Source: Candidatus Omnitrophota bacterium
GTDB taxonomy: Bacteria > Omnitrophota > Gorgyraeia > Gygaellales > Profunditerraquicolaceae
Assembly (NCBI GenBank): GCA_011620275.1
Contig: WOZK01000004.1
Location: 21,931-85,930 of the forward strand
Direction: 5' to 3'
Length of the DNA: 64,000 nt
Shown here: piece by piece, positions 59,263-64,000 of the stretch
How the letters are laid out: each line of letters opens with the position of its first letter
How positions within the stretch are numbered: the first letter of the stretch is position 1
Position numbers and translations under genes: made by a program
The notes under the pieces: generated by a model
What the model saw: the letters and a program-made list of their open reading frames with translations, nothing else
The model's database searches: none
Told to the model about the DNA's origin: nothing

Positions 59263-60300
59263 TCAACAGGCAAGCAGACGTTCGGCGTAATCGGCAAGGG
59301 CTGTTCGGTAGCTTTGACGCATGCGCAGTGAATTGCCTATCTTCAAGGCCTTTTCGCGCAAGTCATAAACTTCTTGTTTGACGTGTTCCAGGGCGCCGCA
59401 GCCGGCGATAATCCCGCGCATCCGCGCCAGGTCTGAGAAGGTAACCCGTTTTTTTGCCAACATGGTCTTGATCTCGGCGCGCTGGCCGAAATTCCCCATG
59501 CGATAGGCGTAATACATCAACACCGTCTTTTTGGCTTCCTGAAGGTCGCTCAAGGAAGGTTTGCCGCTTTCATCGGAGTTCGAGAACATACCGATGATAT
59601 CATCCTTAATCTGAAAGGCCCTGCCGAGGCAGATGCTGTATTCGTCAAGTTTTCTTATTTCGGACGCGGGAGCGTTAGCCAGGATGGCGCCCACGGATAA
59701 CGGACAGGAAAATGTATAGTAGGCGGTCTTATAATCGTAGATCTTGTATATGTCCGCGAGTTTGACACGGCTGATATCTTCTCCTCCCAAAAGCAGTTCA
59801 ATGAATTCCCCGGCGCCGGTATAAAGCGCGGCGTCCACGAATTTGCGCAGGCCCTGTTCTTTGTATTTCATATCCACCTGGACCTCCAGGAAGGCGTGAA
59901 TGGCCATGGCATAAACCACGTCTCCGGCAACGATCGCCAGATCCTGCCCGCTGAATTTGACCTTCGAGGCGCCTCTGATACCTTTACTCAGGAGAACGTG
60001 CATAGCCGGTTTACCACGCCGCAAGTCTGATTTATCGATGATATCGTCGTGGATGAGCATAAAATCGTGCAACAGCTCGATGGATAGAGCCGAGGTATAC
60101 AACCCCGGCGCCGGTTTGCCGGCATAGCCGAGATAACCTACCGCGAGCATTATCGGACGGATGCGCTTGCCGTCCCTGCCGATAAACTCACAAATGGCCC
60201 GTTCAAGGGAAGGAGATACGGCTTTTAGGCTGCGGAAACGCCCGTTTTTCAGGAGTTTCACGAGTTCTCCGTCGATTTCTTTCTTTAGAATTTCAAACAT
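59263..60300 (-). CDS. Polyprenyl diphosphate synthase (GGPP/FPP synthase family, CrtE/IspA-like)
   Basis: First aspartate-rich motif LIHDDIID and a second one in FQIKDDIIG. 345 aa. Confidence 0.85.
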   Translation of the reverse strand: MFEILKKEIDGELVKLLKNGRFRSLKAVSPSLERAICEFIGRDGKRIRPIMLAVGYLGYAGKPAPGLYTSALSIELLHDFMLIHDDIIDKSDLRRGKPAMHVLLSKGIRGASKVKFSGQDLAIVAGDVVYAMAIHAFLEVQVDMKYKEQGLRKFVDAALYTGAGEFIELLLGGEDISRVKLADIYKIYDYKTAYYTFSCPLSVGAILANAPASEIRKLDEYSICLGRAFQIKDDIIGMFSNSDESGKPSLSDLQEAKKTVLMYYAYRMGNFGQRAEIKTMLAKKRVTFSDLARMRGIIAGCGALEHVKQEVYDLREKALKIGNSLRMRQSYRTALADYAERLLAC

Positions 60301-60321
60301 GGCTTCCTCTTTCCGCGCTAC

Positions 60322-61236
60322 TCAGTATCCCAAGTCCTTCAATATATACGGATCATCCTGCCATCCCTCGCGGACCTTAACGTGCATCTGCAGGAAGACC
60401 TTCTTGTCCAGCAGCATCTCCAGTTCGGAACGGGCCGTTTCCCCGGCTTTTTTCAAAACACTACCGCCCTTGCCGATGACTATTGACTTCTGCGAATCCC
60501 TCTCCACCAGCACGACCGCGGATATAAACATCACTTTACCCCGCCTCTGCGTCGTTTCCTCCACATACACTGCCAGGGAATGCGGTATCTCATCTTTCAG
60601 GAAAAGAAAGAATTTCTCTCTAATGATATCAGCGATCGCCAGCTTCTGGGGAAAATCCGTAAGAACTTCCGGCGGATAAAGCAATGGCCCTTCCGGCAGC
60701 AGTCCGAAGAGAACGTCCACCAGCTTGTCGGTATTGATACCGGTCATCCCGGAGACCGGCATCAGAACGAACCTATCCGCCGTCTCTGTCACCGGCTTGC
60801 CGAGCGCCTTTTCCCATTCTTTGATGTAGCCGTCCATATAGGCAGCCTTGCGATCGACCTTGTTCATCGCCAGGATTACCGGGATTTTCCTGCCGCTGAG
60901 TTTCTCTATGATCATGCCTTCTTCGCGGCCGAGCCGTTCGCAGGCGTCCACCAGATGGATTATAACGTCTGCTCCTTCAATGGCGCTGTCTATGTCGCTA
61001 AGCATGTGCCGGCCGAGTTTGTTGCGAGAGAGGTAAATCCCCGGGGTATCGAGAAAAACGATCTGCCCGCGTTTTTCGGTGAGCACGCCGCGCACCTGGT
61101 AACGAGTCGTTTGCGGAACCGGAGAGACTATCGCCACCTTCTCCCCCAGAAGAGTATTCATCAGTGTGGATTTCCCGGTGCTTGGTCTGCCGACTATACA
61201 AACTACGCCGCAGCGTTGACCTTTTTGATCATTCAT
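60322..61236 (-). CDS. era: GTPase Era
   Basis: G1 motif GRPSTGKST, G3 DTPG, G4 NKVD, and a C-terminal KH domain. The probable start MNDQKGQRCGVV is at 61236. The ORF-track N-extension MCPRSVPG... is read-through of a REP doublet. Confidence 0.88.
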   Translation of the reverse strand: MNDQKGQRCGVVCIVGRPSTGKSTLMNTLLGEKVAIVSPVPQTTRYQVRGVLTEKRGQIVFLDTPGIYLSRNKLGRHMLSDIDSAIEGADVIIHLVDACERLGREEGMIIEKLSGRKIPVILAMNKVDRKAAYMDGYIKEWEKALGKPVTETADRFVLMPVSGMTGINTDKLVDVLFGLLPEGPLLYPPEVLTDFPQKLAIADIIREKFFLFLKDEIPHSLAVYVEETTQRRGKVMFISAVVLVERDSQKSIVIGKGGSVLKKAGETARSELEMLLDKKVFLQMHVKVREGWQDDPYILKDLGY

Positions 61237-61337
61237 AACCTGTTGAAAGATATAAGAAACGGGTTGAACAATAATGTTTGCATCCCTACCAGCGCCGTTA
61301 TAATAACACAGCGGAAAAAACAAGGCAAACCTTTTAA

Positions 61338-61413
61338 TACCGGGGACACTCCGGGGACACAATACCTAATTGCGAGTATAGCGATAAATAATTAAGTATT
61401 GTGTCCCCGGAAT
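61338..61413. repeat. REPIN-like inverted doublet of the 23-bp element in the divergent era/mutS intergenic region. An extra partial copy sits at 61338..61350.
   Basis: taccggggacact, then ccggggacacaatacctaat, a 20-bp spacer, then attaagtattgtgtccccggaat. Confidence 0.85.
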
Positions 61414-61425
61414 TACAGGTATAAA

Positions 61426-64000
61426 ATGTGGATTATGGAAAATTTGACTCCTATGCTTAAACAATACCGGGAAATCAAGGCCAAATATCCCGATTGCATT
61501 CTTTTTTTCCGCCTTGGCGATTTCTATGAGATGTTCATGGAAGACGCCAAAACCGCCAGTCCTATACTGGAAGTGGTTCTAACTTCCCGCGATGCCGGCA
61601 AGGCGGGCAGGATACCGATGTGCGGGGTCCCTTATCATGCCGGAGACAATTACGTGGCAAAATTGGTTAAAGCAGGTTTCAAAGTCGCTATATGCGAACA
61701 GGTTGAAGACCCGGCACTCGCCAAGGGACTGGTGAAACGCGAGGTGATCCGGGTAATTACAGCGGGTACTTTCATAGATGAGACCAGCAACGATCAGCGT
61801 TTCACCTGTTGTATATATCCGGGCAGAGACGGTATAGGCCTGGCTTTCTCTGAAGCGTCTTCGGGGGTGATCCGGCTGGCGCGTTTTACCGATAAAGAAG
61901 CCGCGGTAATGATAATGGCGAAGCTGCCTCTCTTCGAATGCCTTTTCCCCCAGCAGGACGAACAGCAGGTAAAAGAATTATTAGAGCACCCGCTATTGAA
62001 AAATAAAGGGCTCTCTCTCAGCCCTTATGAAGACTGGAATTTCAATCCGGAGATCGCGGAAAAGAATTTAACCGAGCATTTCGGGACAAACAACCTGAAA
62101 GGTTTCGGCATAGAGGATATCTCCGCGGCGGTATCCGCGGCAGGAGCGCTTCTCGAGTATCTTAAAAGCGTGCACCGTTCTTCTTTGAAGCACATCGACC
62201 GCCTGACGCTGTATTCCGAAACCGGAAGCGTAGTCATCTCCCCCGCCGCCTGTTACGGGCTGGAGCTGGAAGAGCTTTTCCAGACGCTCGACCGCACCGT
62301 CACTCCTCTCGGCAGACGCATGCTTAAAGAATGGCTCTACCGGCCGTTGAACGATCCGGAAGAAATCAGAAAACGCCAGCAGGCGGTGAGCATCCTGAAG
62401 AACGATCCTATGCTGAGAGATAACCTGGGCAAGACGCTCAAGAACACTCCCGATATAGAAAAAAACCTTTCACGGCTTAGCTGCGGTTCCGGAGGAGCTA
62501 AAGACCTGCTGGCCCTGCGCAACGCGCTTAACCGCGTGCCGGGACTGCAATCGTTACTCTCCGAAGCAGGAAAAGACACCGAATTACTCCGGCTAAAGGA
62601 CGCCGCGCGCATAAGAGAATTGCTTGAACAAACCATCAACCCGGAGATGCCTCTTTCGCTCTCCGAGGGAAAGGTTATACGCCCGGGATACCACAGAGAG
62701 CTGGACGAATTGCGCGATCTGCAGGAAAACGGCAGACAATGGCTGCAGTCCTACCAGGCGCAGCAGGCCAAAGAAACCGGGATAAATTCCCTGAAGATAG
62801 GATTCAACAACGTATTCGGTTATTATATCGAGGTCACTCGCGCTAATCTGAAAAATACCCCGCCCCATTTCACGCGAAAACAAACCCTTGCCAATGCCGA
62901 ACGTTTTGTCACCGGGGAATTGAAGGCATTCGAGGAAAAAATCCTGACGGCCCAAGGAAAGATCGCGGCGATAGAACGCGAAATAATCAACAAGCTCTGC
63001 GCCCAGGTATTGAAAGACGCCACTGCCCTGCATGAAACGGCCTCCGGCATAGCCTCGCTCGACGCCTTGTATTCGATGTCCGCTACCGCATCCCTACCCG
63101 GTTACATCATCCCGGAGGTAAACTCCGGAGAGGAAATTCACGTTAAAGACGGACGCCACCCGGTGGTGGAAAAACTCACCGGCAACGCCTTTATTCCCAA
63201 CGACACACTGCTCGACCGCAACGAGAACCAGCTTATAATACTCACCGGTCCGAACATGGCCGGGAAATCCACTTATATAAGACAGACCGCCTTGCTGGTT
63301 ATTATGGCGCAGATGGGAGGAGCGGTGCCGGCGGCAGAGGCGCGCATCGGCATAGTAGACAAGATATTCACCCGTATCGGAGCGCACGATGAGATCAGCA
63401 AAGGACAGAGCACATTCATGGTGGAAATGACCGAGGCCGCCGGGATATTGAATAATCTTTCCGAGCGCAGTCTGGTAGTCCTCGACGAGATCGGACGCGG
63501 CACAAGCACCTACGACGGGCTCAGCCTCGCCTGGGCGGTGGCGGAATTCTTGCAGCAGCGAAAAGTCAGGACACTTTTCGCCACGCATTTCCACGAGCTG
63601 ACCGCGCTGGCCGAGGAATACCCGGGAGTGAAAAATTATAACGTCTCGGTAAAAGAATGGGACGACCGCATCATATTCTTGCATAAAATAATACCCGGGG
63701 GCAGCGACCAGAGTTACGGCATATACGTGGCAAAGCTCGCCGGCATCCCGAGAGAAGCAGTCTCCCGCGCCGGGGCGATACTGGCAAAGCTCGAGCTGCA
63801 CGGCAGCCTGCAGGAGACCATCCGCCACGGCCGTAAGTCAAACGAACGACAGATGGCGATATTCGAAGAGGAAAACAAAAACGCGCGGCGTTACGAGGAA
63901 ATAGGCAGGGCGCTTGAAGAAACCGACATAGACTCCATAACGCCCTTGGAAGCGCTGAACAAACTTCAACAGCTAAAAAGAATAGCGGAGAAAAATGACA
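61426..64000 (+). CDS. mutS: DNA mismatch repair protein MutS (3'-partial; runs off the window end)
   Basis: N-terminal mismatch-binding domain (TPMLKQYREIKAKYPDCILFFRLGDFYEMF). Walker A GPNMAGKST. DExx motif LVVLDEIGRGTSTYDG. The reading frame is open to position 64000. Confidence 0.9.
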   Translation, partial: MWIMENLTPMLKQYREIKAKYPDCILFFRLGDFYEMFMEDAKTASPILEVVLTSRDAGKAGRIPMCGVPYHAGDNYVAKLVKAGFKVAICEQVEDPALAKGLVKREVIRVITAGTFIDETSNDQRFTCCIYPGRDGIGLAFSEASSGVIRLARFTDKEAAVMIMAKLPLFECLFPQQDEQQVKELLEHPLLKNKGLSLSPYEDWNFNPEIAEKNLTEHFGTNNLKGFGIEDISAAVSAAGALLEYLKSVHRSSLKHIDRLTLYSETGSVVISPAACYGLELEELFQTLDRTVTPLGRRMLKEWLYRPLNDPEEIRKRQQAVSILKNDPMLRDNLGKTLKNTPDIEKNLSRLSCGSGGAKDLLALRNALNRVPGLQSLLSEAGKDTELLRLKDAARIRELLEQTINPEMPLSLSEGKVIRPGYHRELDELRDLQENGRQWLQSYQAQQAKETGINSLKIGFNNVFGYYIEVTRANLKNTPPHFTRKQTLANAERFVTGELKAFEEKILTAQGKIAAIEREIINKLCAQVLKDATALHETASGIASLDALYSMSATASLPGYIIPEVNSGEEIHVKDGRHPVVEKLTGNAFIPNDTLLDRNENQLIILTGPNMAGKSTYIRQTALLVIMAQMGGAVPAAEARIGIVDKIFTRIGAHDEISKGQSTFMVEMTEAAGILNNLSERSLVVLDEIGRGTSTYDGLSLAWAVAEFLQQRKVRTLFATHFHELTALAEEYPGVKNYNVSVKEWDDRIIFLHKIIPGGSDQSYGIYVAKLAGIPREAVSRAGAILAKLELHGSLQETIRHGRKSNERQMAIFEEENKNARRYEEIGRALEETDIDSITPLEALNKLQQLKRIAEKND

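Overview
This 64-kb window comes from a GC-rich (about 58-60% by eye) diderm bacterium, probably an anaerobe. Almost all genes lie on the minus strand. Most of the window is core housekeeping. There is a dcw (cell division and cell wall) cluster, mraZ-rsmH-ftsL-ftsI-murE-murF-mraY-murD-ftsW-murG. There is a cca-rbfA-nrnA-ribF group. There is a xerC/D–MBL-hydrolase–lipoprotein–ligA–acyP group. There is an outer-membrane/lipid A operon, bamA-skp-lpxD-(lpxC::fabZ fusion)-lpxA-lpxI. There is the classic rpsF-ssb-rpsR-rplI-dnaB block. There is a pth-rplY-prs-glmU-tRNA-Gln-spoVG-ispE block. There are a split transketolase, hisG, a PpiD-like chaperone, a 4-subunit 2-oxoacid:ferredoxin oxidoreductase operon with ferredoxin and a ferritin-like protein, ugd, galE, an NDH-2-like flavoprotein, a partly decayed carotenoid cluster, era, and the 5' part of mutS. 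The non-core content is several families of intergenic repeats. The most striking is a 23-bp element, ATTCCGGGGACACRATACTTAAT, present in at least 14 copies. Some copies form hairpin doublets like REPINs. Inverted copies flank an intact, AT-rich RAYT-type Y1 transposase gene next to tRNA-Arg, and also bound a frameshifted ISL3 transposase remnant. Copies sit even inside the dcw cluster. Three further repeat families occur in the large intergenic gaps. These are a G4/C4 hairpin tandem array module, a ~90-bp element and a ~45-bp element. A small accessory islet at 20.1-24.2 kb abuts tRNA-Arg. It holds a transposase fragment, a DUF1805-like gene, a STAS-PilZ fusion, a thioesterase with a homopolymer frameshift, the RAYT and a radical SAM gene. 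No CRISPR array, rRNA or recognisable defence operon was found.
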